Shown: in pieces, positions 9,303 to 18,933 of the stretch
Layout of the letters: each line of letters opens with the position of its first letter
Position numbering within the stretch: position 1 is the first letter of the stretch
Origin: Sedimentisphaerales bacterium
GTDB taxonomy: Bacteria > Planctomycetota > Phycisphaerae > Sedimentisphaerales > Anaerobacaceae
Length of the DNA stretch: 64,000 bases
Direction: 5' to 3'
Assembly: GCA_963708075.1 (NCBI GenBank)
Contig: OY970194.1
Location: 64,001-128,000, forward strand
Notes under the pieces: generated by a model
Database searches by the model: none
Seen by the model: the letters and a program-made list of their open reading frames with translations, nothing else
What the model was told of the DNA's origin: nothing
Position numbers and translations under genes: made by a program

Positions 9303-11936
9303 ATGAAAGCTGCAAAGAAGACCCTGAACGCATCTCATCGCCCGGGCAACCTCCTTGGCGGGAACGGGACGCATTATTCCCGTCAGCTATTGGAACATGC
9401 GCGTGCCGATACAGATACCGTCCTGCAGGAGCTTGGATCGCGACTAACCGGCCTGAGCGAGGCCCAAGCCGATTTTCGCTTGAAACAGGTCGGGATGAAC
9501 GAGATTGCCCGAGAGAAGCATCCATCTGCCGTGATGCGCCTCTTGGCTAACACCAAGAATCCATTGGTCCTCCTGCTCCTGGCGCTGGGCGTGCTTTCAT
9601 TTCTAACCGGTGACCTGCAGGCCATGGTGGTCATTTTCGTGATGGTGGTTCTGGGGGTGGTGTTGCGTTTCTTCCAGGAAACGCGTGCCGATAACGCGGC
9701 CGAGAAGCTAAAAGCGATGGTCAGCAGCACGGCGGCATTGGTGCGAGGCGGTAAGGAGGAAGAAGTATCGCTCAAGATGTTAGTGCCTGGCGATATCATC
9801 CGGCTGGCAGCGGGTGATATGGTGCCGGCTGATGTACGGGTGCTTTCCGCCAAAGACTTGTTCCTGAATCAGGCGACCCTCACCGGCGAAGCCCTGCCCG
9901 TGGAAAAGAAAGCCGCCCCGGCGTCGGCAGACGTTCAGAATCCGCTCGATCTGCCCAACATCTGCTTCCTGGGCTCCAACGTGGAGAGCGGATCCGCGAC
10001 TGCCGTGGTCATCCAAACCGGAGGCCGCACCTACTTTGGCTCGCTGGCTGCCAGCATCGTCGGGCAGCGCCAACTCACCAGCTTCGACAAGGGCGTGAAC
10101 AAGTTCACCTGGCTGATGATCCGCTTCATCGCCGTAATGGTCCCGGCTGTCTTCCTGATCAACGGGCTGGGCAAGCACAACTGGCTGGAAGCTTTCCTGT
10201 TTGCCATGGCGGTGGCAGTCGGGCTGACCCCCGAGATGCTGCCCATGATTGTGACCGTCAACTTGTCCAAGGGCGCCCTCGCGATGGCGCGCAAGAGCGT
10301 GATCGTCAAACGCCTGAACGCCATCCAGAACTTCGGGGCGATGGATGTGCTGTGCACCGACAAGACCGGCACCCTCACCCAGGGCAAGATCGTGCTCGAA
10401 AAGTACCTGGACCCGCACGGCGACTCCAGCGAGAAGGTGCTGCACTACGGCTACCTGAACAGCTACCACCATACCGGGTTGAAGAACCTGCTCGACGAGG
10501 CCGTCCTCGCCCATGAGGAACTGGAAGAACGCCTGAAAGCGAACCAGGAGTACCGCAAGATCGACGAGATTCCTTTCGACTTTGTGCGTCGGCGCATGTC
10601 GGTGGTGGTGGAAGACAGAACCGGGTTGAACACGCTGATCTGCAAGGGTGCGGTGGATGAAGTGATGAGCCTGTGTACCCGGGTGGAAGTCACAGGGGAA
10701 GTCATCGAGGTTCTGCCCGAGCACGACGCCAAGCGCCGGCAGTTGGCGGACGATCTGAGCGGTCAGGGCTTTCGGGTAATCGCCCTGGCTTACAAGCAAA
10801 TGCCGGGCTCGTCTGATGAGCCGGTGTACTCGGTCCAGGATGAGTCGGACTTGATCCTGTTGGGTTTCCTGGCCTTCCTCGACCCGCCCAAGGACACCGC
10901 TACAGAGGCGTTGAATCGGCTTCACAGCCTGAACGTGGACGTCAAGGTCCTGACCGGGGATAATGAGATCATCACCGCCTACATCTGCAAGGAAGTGGGC
11001 ATACCGGTGGAGCATCTCCTGCTCGGCTCCCAGATCGAGACGATGAGCGAGACGGAATTGGCCGAAGCCGCCGGCGCGACCAGCGTCTTTGCCAGGCTGG
11101 CCCCGGCTCACAAGGAACACATCATCCGTGCGCTCCAGAGTAAAGGCCATGTGCTGGGGTTCATGGGCGACGGCATCAACGACGCCCCGGCCTTGAGGGC
11201 CGCCGATGTGGGCATCTCGGTGGACAGCGCGGTGGACATCGCCAAGGAGTCATCCGATCTCATCCTGCTGGAAAAAAGCCTGCTGGTACTGGAGCAGGGC
11301 GTGCTGGAGGGCCGGCGGGTGTTCGGCAACATTGTCAAGTACATCAAGATGGCGGCCAGCTCGAACTTCGGCAACATGTTCAGTGTCGTGGGGGCCAGCG
11401 CATTCCTGCCTTTCCTGCCCATGCTGCCAATCCAGGTGCTGACCAACAACCTCCTGTACGACTTCTCGCAGACCACCATCCCGACTGACGAGGTGGACGC
11501 CGAGTGGCTGACCAAGCCGCGCAAGTGGTCGATTGGCAATATCCTGCGATTTATTCTGTTTATCGGGCCGATCAGCTCGATCTTTGATTACGTGACGTTC
11601 TTCACGATGCTGTACGTTTTCAACTGCCGGCATAACCCGGCTCTGTTCCACACCGGCTGGTTCGTGGAGTCGCTCTTCACCCAGACGTTGATCATCCATG
11701 TCATACGCACCAACAAGATCCCGTTGATCGAAAGCCGGGCGAGTTGGCCGCTAATCCTCACTTCCGCAATCATCGTCCTGGTCGGCGCCGCCCTGACGGT
11801 TTCACCTCTGGCGAACACGCTCGGCTTTGTCCCACTCCCGTCGCTGTACTGGCTGTTTTTGGTCATCATGCTGCTGGGCTATGCGATTCTGACACAGGTG
11901 GTGAAAACCCGGTTTACTCGCAGGTTTGGCGAATGA
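9303..11936 (+). CDS. mgtA: Magnesium-translocating P-type ATPase
   Basis: TGEA, LTPEMLP, DKTGTLT, KGAVDE, GDGINDAPAL, MAASSNFGN, NLLYD motifs. Confidence 0.93.
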   Translation: MKAAKKTLNASHRPGNLLGGNGTHYSRQLLEHARADTDTVLQELGSRLTGLSEAQADFRLKQVGMNEIAREKHPSAVMRLLANTKNPLVLLLLALGVLSFLTGDLQAMVVIFVMVVLGVVLRFFQETRADNAAEKLKAMVSSTAALVRGGKEEEVSLKMLVPGDIIRLAAGDMVPADVRVLSAKDLFLNQATLTGEALPVEKKAAPASADVQNPLDLPNICFLGSNVESGSATAVVIQTGGRTYFGSLAASIVGQRQLTSFDKGVNKFTWLMIRFIAVMVPAVFLINGLGKHNWLEAFLFAMAVAVGLTPEMLPMIVTVNLSKGALAMARKSVIVKRLNAIQNFGAMDVLCTDKTGTLTQGKIVLEKYLDPHGDSSEKVLHYGYLNSYHHTGLKNLLDEAVLAHEELEERLKANQEYRKIDEIPFDFVRRRMSVVVEDRTGLNTLICKGAVDEVMSLCTRVEVTGEVIEVLPEHDAKRRQLADDLSGQGFRVIALAYKQMPGSSDEPVYSVQDESDLILLGFLAFLDPPKDTATEALNRLHSLNVDVKVLTGDNEIITAYICKEVGIPVEHLLLGSQIETMSETELAEAAGATSVFARLAPAHKEHIIRALQSKGHVLGFMGDGINDAPALRAADVGISVDSAVDIAKESSDLILLEKSLLVLEQGVLEGRRVFGNIVKYIKMAASSNFGNMFSVVGASAFLPFLPMLPIQVLTNNLLYDFSQTTIPTDEVDAEWLTKPRKWSIGNILRFILFIGPISSIFDYVTFFTMLYVFNCRHNPALFHTGWFVESLFTQTLIIHVIRTNKIPLIESRASWPLILTSAIIVLVGAALTVSPLANTLGFVPLPSLYWLFLVIMLLGYAILTQVVKTRFTRRFGE

Positions 11937-12005
11937 GGGCGGTGACGCGGAGCATGCATTCATGAAGCAAGAAATCACGATAGGACATTCCATGGAGGTG
12001 GTAAG

Positions 12006-13487
12006 ATGACGGATGTGGGGGACAGACAACACCGCTCTATCCTGCAAAGAATTGCCCATCGGGTGATGCTTGAAAGAGGACTTGCTCCGGATTTTCCACT
12101 CCAGGCACTCGCCGAGCTCGACAAAATCCACGGGCCAGCGAAGCGAGTTGAGGAATCGACACGTGATCTCAGGGACCTTCTCTGGTGCTCCATCGACAAC
12201 GAGGATTCGCGAGATCTGGACCAGCTTACCGTCGCCGAAGCCATGCCCGACGGGGCCACAAAGGTCCTTGTCGCCATTGCCGATGTAGACGCGGTTGTCA
12301 AGAAGCGATCGACCCTCGATGATCACGCGCGGCACAACACCACTTCAGTCTACACTGTGGCCGAGACGTTTCCGATGCTGCCCGAGAAACTCTCGACCGA
12401 TCTTACCTCGCTCAACTACGAATCAGACCGCCTGGCCATCGTTGTTGAAATGGTTCTCGCCGCGAATGGATCGCTTCAGCGTTCGGACCTTTATCAAGCG
12501 GTGGTGCATAATCGTGCAAAGCTTGCCTACAACAGCGTTGCCGGCTGGCTGGAGGGTAACGGGCCGCGGCCGCAAGGGATTGGCATGGTTCGCGGTCTCG
12601 ACGAGAACCTTCGACTCCAGGACCTCGCGGCCCAGAAACTGAAAGCGATGCGGCACCTGCACGGTGCACTCCATCTCGAAACGATAGAAGCACGCCCGGT
12701 GTTTGACGGAGACGAGCTCAAGGACTTCGCGGCCGAAACAGGGGACAGGGCCAAGGACATCATTGAGGACTTCATGATCGCCGCGAATGGCGTTACCGCA
12801 CGATACCTTGCGTCCAGAGATGTCCCATCGCTGCGGCGTATTGTCCGCACACCCAAACGCTGGGACCGGATCATCGAGCTTGCCTCAGAGCGGGGCTTCA
12901 CGCTTCCCAAGGAGCCCGACTCAAAGGCCCTGGAGCAGTTCCTGGTATCGGCAAAGACCGCTGATTCTCTCCGTTTTCCCGATCTCTCTCTCAGCGTCAT
13001 CAAGCTGTTGGGTAGCGGCGAATACGTCGTCGAACTTCCGGAAAGCAGTGCCGCCGGGCACTTTGGTCTTGCGGTCAGGGATTACACACACTCCACAGCC
13101 CCCAACCGCAGATACCCCGATCTGATCACACAGCGGTTGCTGAAAGCCGCGATGACGGAACGGTCCCGGCCCTATGAGACCGCAGAATTGGAGATGCTTG
13201 CAAAGCACTGCACCGAAGAAGAGGACGCCGCGAAGAAGGTCGAACGACAGGTTGAGAAATCCGCAGCGGCAATGCTGCTCGAATCGAGAACTGGAGAACG
13301 GTTCGATGCCGTTGTCACCGGCGCATCCGACAAAGGCACGTGGGTCCGCCTTCTGCATCCGCCCGTGGAAGGAAGACTGGTGAGGGGTTTTGAAGGCATG
13401 GACGTCGGCCACAGGCTCAGCGTGCAACTGATCCGCACGGATGTGGATCGCGGATACATCGACTTCAAGAGGCAAGGGGTACAATAA
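12006..13487 (+). CDS. RNB-domain ribonuclease (short RNase II/R-like)
   Basis: SIDNEDSRDLDQ, VAIADV, IEDFMIAAN, HFGLAVRDYTHSTAPNRRYPDL, C-terminal S1-like domain; lacks N-terminal cold-shock domains. Confidence 0.9.
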   Translation: MTDVGDRQHRSILQRIAHRVMLERGLAPDFPLQALAELDKIHGPAKRVEESTRDLRDLLWCSIDNEDSRDLDQLTVAEAMPDGATKVLVAIADVDAVVKKRSTLDDHARHNTTSVYTVAETFPMLPEKLSTDLTSLNYESDRLAIVVEMVLAANGSLQRSDLYQAVVHNRAKLAYNSVAGWLEGNGPRPQGIGMVRGLDENLRLQDLAAQKLKAMRHLHGALHLETIEARPVFDGDELKDFAAETGDRAKDIIEDFMIAANGVTARYLASRDVPSLRRIVRTPKRWDRIIELASERGFTLPKEPDSKALEQFLVSAKTADSLRFPDLSLSVIKLLGSGEYVVELPESSAAGHFGLAVRDYTHSTAPNRRYPDLITQRLLKAAMTERSRPYETAELEMLAKHCTEEEDAAKKVERQVEKSAAAMLLESRTGERFDAVVTGASDKGTWVRLLHPPVEGRLVRGFEGMDVGHRLSVQLIRTDVDRGYIDFKRQGVQ

Positions 13488-13585
13488 GAGACAGGCGTGC
13501 CTTCAAACCGCACATCGACCACCACCTCGCGGGCACTGAGACTGTCGGGACATGGACCTTACGTCAGTTTCTGGCCTACTGGAAG

Positions 13586-13630
13586 GTAGGGTTATACCCC
13601 ATAAACAAGGGCCAGCCCATGGCGTATCAT
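13586..13630 (+). promoter_or_regulatory. Regulon box P4 plus -10
   Basis: GTAGGGTTATACCCCATAA; TATCAT at +38. Confidence 0.75.
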
Positions 13631-13746
13631 ACATCCGATGCCGGCTTGTACGGGAACCATACAGGGTTGACGGAGTCTTCCCCGCTGGAAGCTCCCGATG
13701 AGGCCTGAGCCAAACACGTGAAGACAGTGAATAGGAGATGCACATC

Positions 13747-14286
13747 ATGTCAAAGCAGAATTCGACCGTAGCGATTTTCAGTGACCACACAGGGGCCGAG
13801 CATGCCGTCAAGGAACTCCAGAAGGCCGGCTTTGACATTAAGAAGCTGTCCCTCGTAGGCAAAGACTACCACTCGGATGAGCACGTGGTGGGATACTACA
13901 ACACGGGTGACCGCATCAGGTACTGGGGCAAGCTGGGCGCATTCTGGGGCGGCTTCTGGGGCTTGCTCTTCGGGTCGGCCTTCTTTTTCATTCCCGGAAT
14001 CGGCCCGATCGTTGTAGGCGGTCCGATCGTATCGTGGATCATCGGTGCCCTGCAAGGGGCCGCCATTGTCGGGGGTATCAGCGCTGTTGGCGCGGCACTG
14101 TACAGCATTGGCATTCCCAAAGACAGCGTGCTCAAATATGAGACCTCTCTCAAGGCGAACAAGTTTCTTCTGGTCGTTCACGGAACCGCTGACGAAGTGG
14201 AAGGAGCCAGCGGTATCCTGCAGGGTACGGACGCGATCGAGACAACGGTTCACAGGGTCGAAGAACTGGCAACGACAGCGCCCTAA
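13747..14286 (+). CDS. General stress protein 17M/DUF1269-like membrane protein
   Basis: AEHAVKELQKAGFDIKKLSLVGKD, Gly-rich GAFWGGFWGLLFG...IPGIGPIVVGGP, GIPKDSVLKYE. Confidence 0.75.
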   Translation: MSKQNSTVAIFSDHTGAEHAVKELQKAGFDIKKLSLVGKDYHSDEHVVGYYNTGDRIRYWGKLGAFWGGFWGLLFGSAFFFIPGIGPIVVGGPIVSWIIGALQGAAIVGGISAVGAALYSIGIPKDSVLKYETSLKANKFLLVVHGTADEVEGASGILQGTDAIETTVHRVEELATTAP

Positions 14287-14378
14287 GACCGGAATCGCAG
14301 AGCGCCCTTGTTCAAGGGCACACTTGATGTCGTCGAACCTTGACAGTGCGGCAAGATGAGCGGTGAAAGGGGGATCCT

Positions 14379-15269
14379 GTGGATCCGATCACGGTTGCTG
14401 TGTTTGTTGTAGTTGCGGTGGTGGTGGTCATTTTTCTCTCGGGCATAAGGGTAGTCCGTCCCACCCACAGGGGCCTTATTGAGAGACTCGGCAGGTACAG
14501 GCATTTTGCGGCACCGGGTTTCAACTGGATCATTCCTCTTGTTGACAGGATGATTCAGATCAACACTACGGAGCAGATGGTGGACGCCCAGCCACAAGAG
14601 ATCATCACCAACGACAATCTCAATGCGAGCGTGGATGCCCAGGTCTATTTCAAGGTCAAGGATGACGAGGACAGCGTCAAGAGTTGCCAATACAATGTCA
14701 ACAACTACCAGTTTCAGATTGTCAACCTCGCCCGCACCACACTACGCAACATCATCGGCACGCTGACGCTGAAATCGGCCAACAGCGAGAGAGACAAGAT
14801 CAACACCTCACTTCTGGAGACGTTGACCAGGGAAACCAAGCACTGGGGAATGGAGATCGTCCGGACGGAGCTGAAGGAGATCGACCCTCCCAAGGACGTC
14901 CAGGAGACCATGAACAAGGTGGTCAAGGCGGAAAATGAGAAGGTCGCGGCCCTGGATTTTGCCGATGCGGTGGAGCGGCAGGCAGATGGAGTCAAGAGAG
15001 CGGAAATCAAGAAGGCCGAAGGGATCAAGCAGGCCAAGATTCTTGCGGCCGAGGGCGAGGCCGAGGCCATAAAGCTCGTCAACGAGGCGGCAGACAAGTT
15101 CTTTACCGGCAACGCACAGCTTCTTCGAAAGCTCGAGGCCGTTGAGAAATCCCTGAGCAGAAACGCAAAAATCGTCATTCCTTCTGGTTCTGAACTCGTC
15201 AATGTGATCGGAGAAATGGCCGGCGTCTTGCCGCTGACGGACAGAGTAACGCCCATGCAGCGAAAGTAA
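14379..15269 (+). CDS. SPFH/Band 7 family protein
   Basis: N-terminal TM; GLIERLGRY, PQEIITNDNLNASVDAQVYF, LARTTLRNIIG, coiled-coil tail. Confidence 0.9.
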   Translation: MDPITVAVFVVVAVVVVIFLSGIRVVRPTHRGLIERLGRYRHFAAPGFNWIIPLVDRMIQINTTEQMVDAQPQEIITNDNLNASVDAQVYFKVKDDEDSVKSCQYNVNNYQFQIVNLARTTLRNIIGTLTLKSANSERDKINTSLLETLTRETKHWGMEIVRTELKEIDPPKDVQETMNKVVKAENEKVAALDFADAVERQADGVKRAEIKKAEGIKQAKILAAEGEAEAIKLVNEAADKFFTGNAQLLRKLEAVEKSLSRNAKIVIPSGSELVNVIGEMAGVLPLTDRVTPMQRK

Positions 15270-15293
15270 CTGCTGAGAAGGGAGGAATCTCGG

Positions 15294-16774
15294 ATGAATG
15301 TCCTTTTGATCTACCCCGAGTTCCCGGATACGTTTTGGAGCTTCAAGCACGCGCTGGAGTTCGTGGGCAAGCGGGCGGTGCTGCCGCCGCTGGGGCTTTT
15401 GACCGTGGCGTCCATGCTGCCGCGGGAATGGTCGCAACGGCTCGTGGACACCAACGTCCGGCGTCTGACGAAAAAGGACCTGGCCTGGGCCGACTGCGCG
15501 TTCATCAGCGCCATGGTTGTCCAGCGTGAATCTGCGCATCGGGTTATTGCCCGATGCAAGGAGGCAGGTCTGCCGGATCGTGGCGGGCGGTCCGCTGTTC
15601 CAGATCGAACACGAGAAGTTCGAGGCCGTGGATCATTTCATCTTGAACGAGGCCGAATTGACGCTTCCGGCCTTTCTCAAAGACCTGGCGCAAGGCAACC
15701 CGGAGCGGATCTATTCGTCCGTCGAGCACGCGGATGTGCGGCAAACGCCTCCGCCTATGTGGGAACTGCTTGACCTCAGACGATATGCCAGCATGAGCAT
15801 CCAGTTCTCTCGCGGCTGCCCCTTCAACTGCGATTTCTGCAATGTCACGGCTCTGCTCGGCCATCGTGTGCGCACCAAAACCTCCCAGCAGGTTATCGCT
15901 GAACTCGACAGCCTTTACGCTTGCGGCTGGCGCGACGAGATCTTCTTCGTGGACGACAACTTCATCGGAAACAAGCAATTCCTGAAGAACGATCTCCTGC
16001 CGGCCCTCATCGAATGGCGCAAGGGCAAGACCGGAATCCTCTTCTTCACGGAAGCCTCCATCAATCTGGCGGATGACCAACTATTGATGGAGATGATGGT
16101 GGAGGCCGGATTCAACCGGGTCTTCATCGGCATCGAGACCCCGGACGAGGAGTGCCTGGCCGAGTGCAGCAAGATCCAAAACAGGAACCGAAACCTCGTG
16201 GAAGACGTGAAGCGCATCCAGCGAGCCGGGCTTCAGGTGCTGGGCGGATTCATCGTCGGCTTCGACCACGATCGGCCCTCCATCTTCCAGAGGCAGATTG
16301 ACTTCATCCAGAAGAGCGGCATTGCGACCGCCATGGTCGGCTTGCTGCAAGCCCCTCCCGGAACGCGGCTGTATGAGCGGATGAAAAAGGAAGGCCGTCT
16401 TCGCGGGGACCCGACGGGAGACAACGTCGACGGCACCACGAACATCATCCCGGCGATGAGCCTGGAGGCTCTGAAGGAAGGCTACAAAGGAATTCTGCAG
16501 CACATCTATTCCCCGGAACACTACTACCGGCGCATCCGGACCTTTCTCCGAGAATACCAGCCACCCCGAGTACGAGGACGGATCCGGTTCTCGCACATCC
16601 TTGCGCTCGCTGCGGTCGTTCTATCGACTCGGCCTTGTGGGCCAGGGGCGGTTACACTACTGGAAGCTCCTGCTTTGGACCCAGTTCCGGCGCCCCCGGC
16701 TCATTCCCGAGGCCGTCATGCTCGCGATCTGTGGCCATCATTTTCGCAAGGTCTGCGAACGGCGAGTGAAGTAA
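15294..16774 (+). CDS. B12-binding radical SAM protein with DUF4070-like tail (two frameshifts, near 15570 and 16610)
   Basis: FPDTFWSF...PPLGLLTVA; SRGCPFNCDFC; FFVDDNFIGN; tail YWKLLLWTQFRRPRLIPEAVMLAICGHHFRKV in a third segment. Confidence 0.85.
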
Positions 16775-16811
16775 CGCCGCCGGCAGAAAGGAACGACAAA
16801 GGAGAAAATCG

Positions 16812-17237
16812 ATGAAGACAAGAGTGGGTTTGTGGATTGACCATCGGAAGGCGATTGTCGTGGCTATCACGGACAAAGGGGAAGAAACACGATTGATCAT
16901 ATCGAAGGTGGAAAGACAGCTCCGCCGCTCTGGGGATTCACCTCTGGAGGGAGCCTATGACAAAGCGCAAGCACCGGCACGCAATAGCCGCCAGAGAACG
17001 CTTACGGCCCATCTCAACATTTACTATGATGCGGTCATTGCGTGCATTCGTGATGCCGAATCCATTCTGATATTTGGCCCTGGTGAGGCCAAGGGCGAAC
17101 TGAAAAAGCGGCTCAAAAAAAGCAACCTCAATGGACGCATCGTGGGCATGGAGACCGTTGACAAGATGACGGATCATCAAGTTGCGGCGAAAGTCCGACA
17201 GCATTTCCAGGACACCAGCGGTCCGCGTCGGACTTGA
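16812..17237 (+). CDS. eRF1-middle-domain-like (baeRF/host-attachment-like) small protein
   Basis: VGLWIDHRKAIVV...YYDAVIACIRDAESILIFGPGEAKGELKKRL...ETVDKMTDHQVAAKVRQHF; RBS AAAGGAG. Confidence 0.6.
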   Translation: MKTRVGLWIDHRKAIVVAITDKGEETRLIISKVERQLRRSGDSPLEGAYDKAQAPARNSRQRTLTAHLNIYYDAVIACIRDAESILIFGPGEAKGELKKRLKKSNLNGRIVGMETVDKMTDHQVAAKVRQHFQDTSGPRRT

Positions 17238-17304
17238 GATGGCGAACGAGCAGGACTTCGCAGCGGGCAAGTCTGTTTCCGGGCAGTAGGTCCAATGATT
17301 GCGG

Positions 17305-17349
17305 GTAGGGTTATACCCCATAGAGAAGGCCCCACCCATGCAGTACCAT
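17305..17349 (+). promoter_or_regulatory. Regulon box P5 plus -10
   Basis: GTAGGGTTATACCCCATAG; TACCAT at +38. Confidence 0.75.
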
Positions 17350-17525
17350 GTCTTCATGGGCATATCTAAGAATGTAGCAACAGAAAGAAACCGGCGTGAG
17401 GAGCGCAAAGAAGCAAATGACCATGGAGGGGGGGGCACCAGCCGGCAGGCTAAGGGATCGCCACTGGCTGGTGCATCCATGCGTTAACCGGTGGTGAACT
17501 CATGGCTAATCGAAAGCTGAATCAT

Positions 17526-17675
17526 ATGTGGTGGACAGTCGCTGTAATAATGATCATTCTGTGGCTGCCGGGACTGCTCAGCGGGTACACGGCAGCAGGG
17601 GTAACTCACATCCTGCTGTCGCTTGCCCTTGTCGTGGTGCTATTCCGGATAATGCAGGGGCGACGACCGGCGTAA
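17526..17675 (+). CDS. lmo0937-family small membrane protein, copy 2 (not in ORF track)
   Basis: MWWTVAVIMIILWLPGLLSGYTAAGVTHILLSLALVVVLFRIMQGRRPA*. Confidence 0.75.
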   Translation: MWWTVAVIMIILWLPGLLSGYTAAGVTHILLSLALVVVLFRIMQGRRPA

Positions 17676-17867
17676 GAGGTGGTCAGGCGGCAGCGCGCGT
17701 CATAACGAAAATGCGACACAAGAAGGAAAGGACAATGGCTATGCTCTATGTTTCACACTTTCGCCGCCGTGTTGATTTTGGGCCCACGAAGGCATTCGGA
17801 CGGCCCGCAGGATGTTGGGGGATTGGACCGCGAACCAGACATTTGGACAATAAGCTAAGAGGTAATC

Positions 17868-18164
17868 ATGGCAACGATAGCCGCAGTTACGGAGCTTCAA
17901 CCTACAGATCGCCGTAGATCCCAGAGTGCAGGTCACGACCAGGGGCGTGATACCTCGCCGACTTGCGATGCATTGCTGGAGCACATCCTTGAGAACATGA
18001 ATACCACGCCTCAGGAGGAGGCGTTGAGAAGGATCACATCTCTTCCCGACATCCGACGAGACAAGGTGCTGGACATCCGCCGTCAGCTTACGGAGGGGAC
18101 CTACGAAGTGGCGGATCGGCTGGATGAGGCGATAGATCGGGTACTGGAGGCGATCACCACCTGA
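17868..18164 (+). CDS. FlgM-like anti-sigma-28 domain protein
   Basis: C-terminal PDIRRDKVLDIRRQLTEGTYEVADRLDEAIDRVL matches the FlgM sigma-binding pattern. Confidence 0.65.
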   Translation: MATIAAVTELQPTDRRRSQSAGHDQGRDTSPTCDALLEHILENMNTTPQEEALRRITSLPDIRRDKVLDIRRQLTEGTYEVADRLDEAIDRVLEAITT

Positions 18165-18276
18165 TCGCTCAGGCATTCCTACTGTTGGCACGACGATTCC
18201 GACGCCTGCAATCATGTGGTGCTGCTTGTCAGGCGTTGCGAATAGGAAACCGCGGAATGTTGTGAGGGATCGACCC

Positions 18277-18714
18277 ATGAAGCTCCCAGCCATTTGCCTG
18301 ATTGTTCTCGTACCCGCCTGGTTTGCCGTAGCGTCGGCACAGGCGGCAGCCATGGCCCCCAACGGCATCGAGCGACTGCTGGACGCCATTGCCCGTATCG
18401 AGAGCCGCTGTGACCCCAATGCGGTCGGCGATGGCGGCAGAGCTCTCGGTGCCTACCAGATTCACCGTGTCTACTGGGAGGACGGCACGGAACTCCTGGG
18501 TGTCGATTGGCCTCATCGGGACGCGACTGACCCGAAAAAGGCTCGGCGGGTAGTGAAGGCCTACTTGCTCCACTATGGCAACGGCAAGAGCCTCATCGAG
18601 ATGGCCCGCATTCACAACGGCGGGCCGTGCGGTCACAAGAAGAAGGCCACCGTGTGCTACGCGAGGAAGATCCTGGCTGACGGAAGTCTGCTGCCGGGAT
18701 TACACGCTCCATAG
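18277..18714 (+). CDS. Secreted lysozyme-like protein (i-type lysozyme/destabilase-like)
   Basis: Signal peptide; AIARIES, GAYQIHRVYWED, ARIHNGGP motifs. Confidence 0.65.
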   Translation: MKLPAICLIVLVPAWFAVASAQAAAMAPNGIERLLDAIARIESRCDPNAVGDGGRALGAYQIHRVYWEDGTELLGVDWPHRDATDPKKARRVVKAYLLHYGNGKSLIEMARIHNGGPCGHKKKATVCYARKILADGSLLPGLHAP

Positions 18715-18933
18715 TCGCTGAATCTCCTCATCCACTGAGGCCTGTTAGCGTGTTTGCCTCTTTGGGTCTGGCACGCCTTCGAAACAAAGGTGCTTGATGA
18801 ACCGGGAGTTTACGCCTCTTGTCAGCAGTGGTTTCGGGACAGCCTGTTTGGGCCTCCCACGGCGGCGAAGAAGATCGACATTCCAGCATACGCACAATTC
18901 CTGAAACGAGGAACAAGCAAGAAAGGACCTGTC

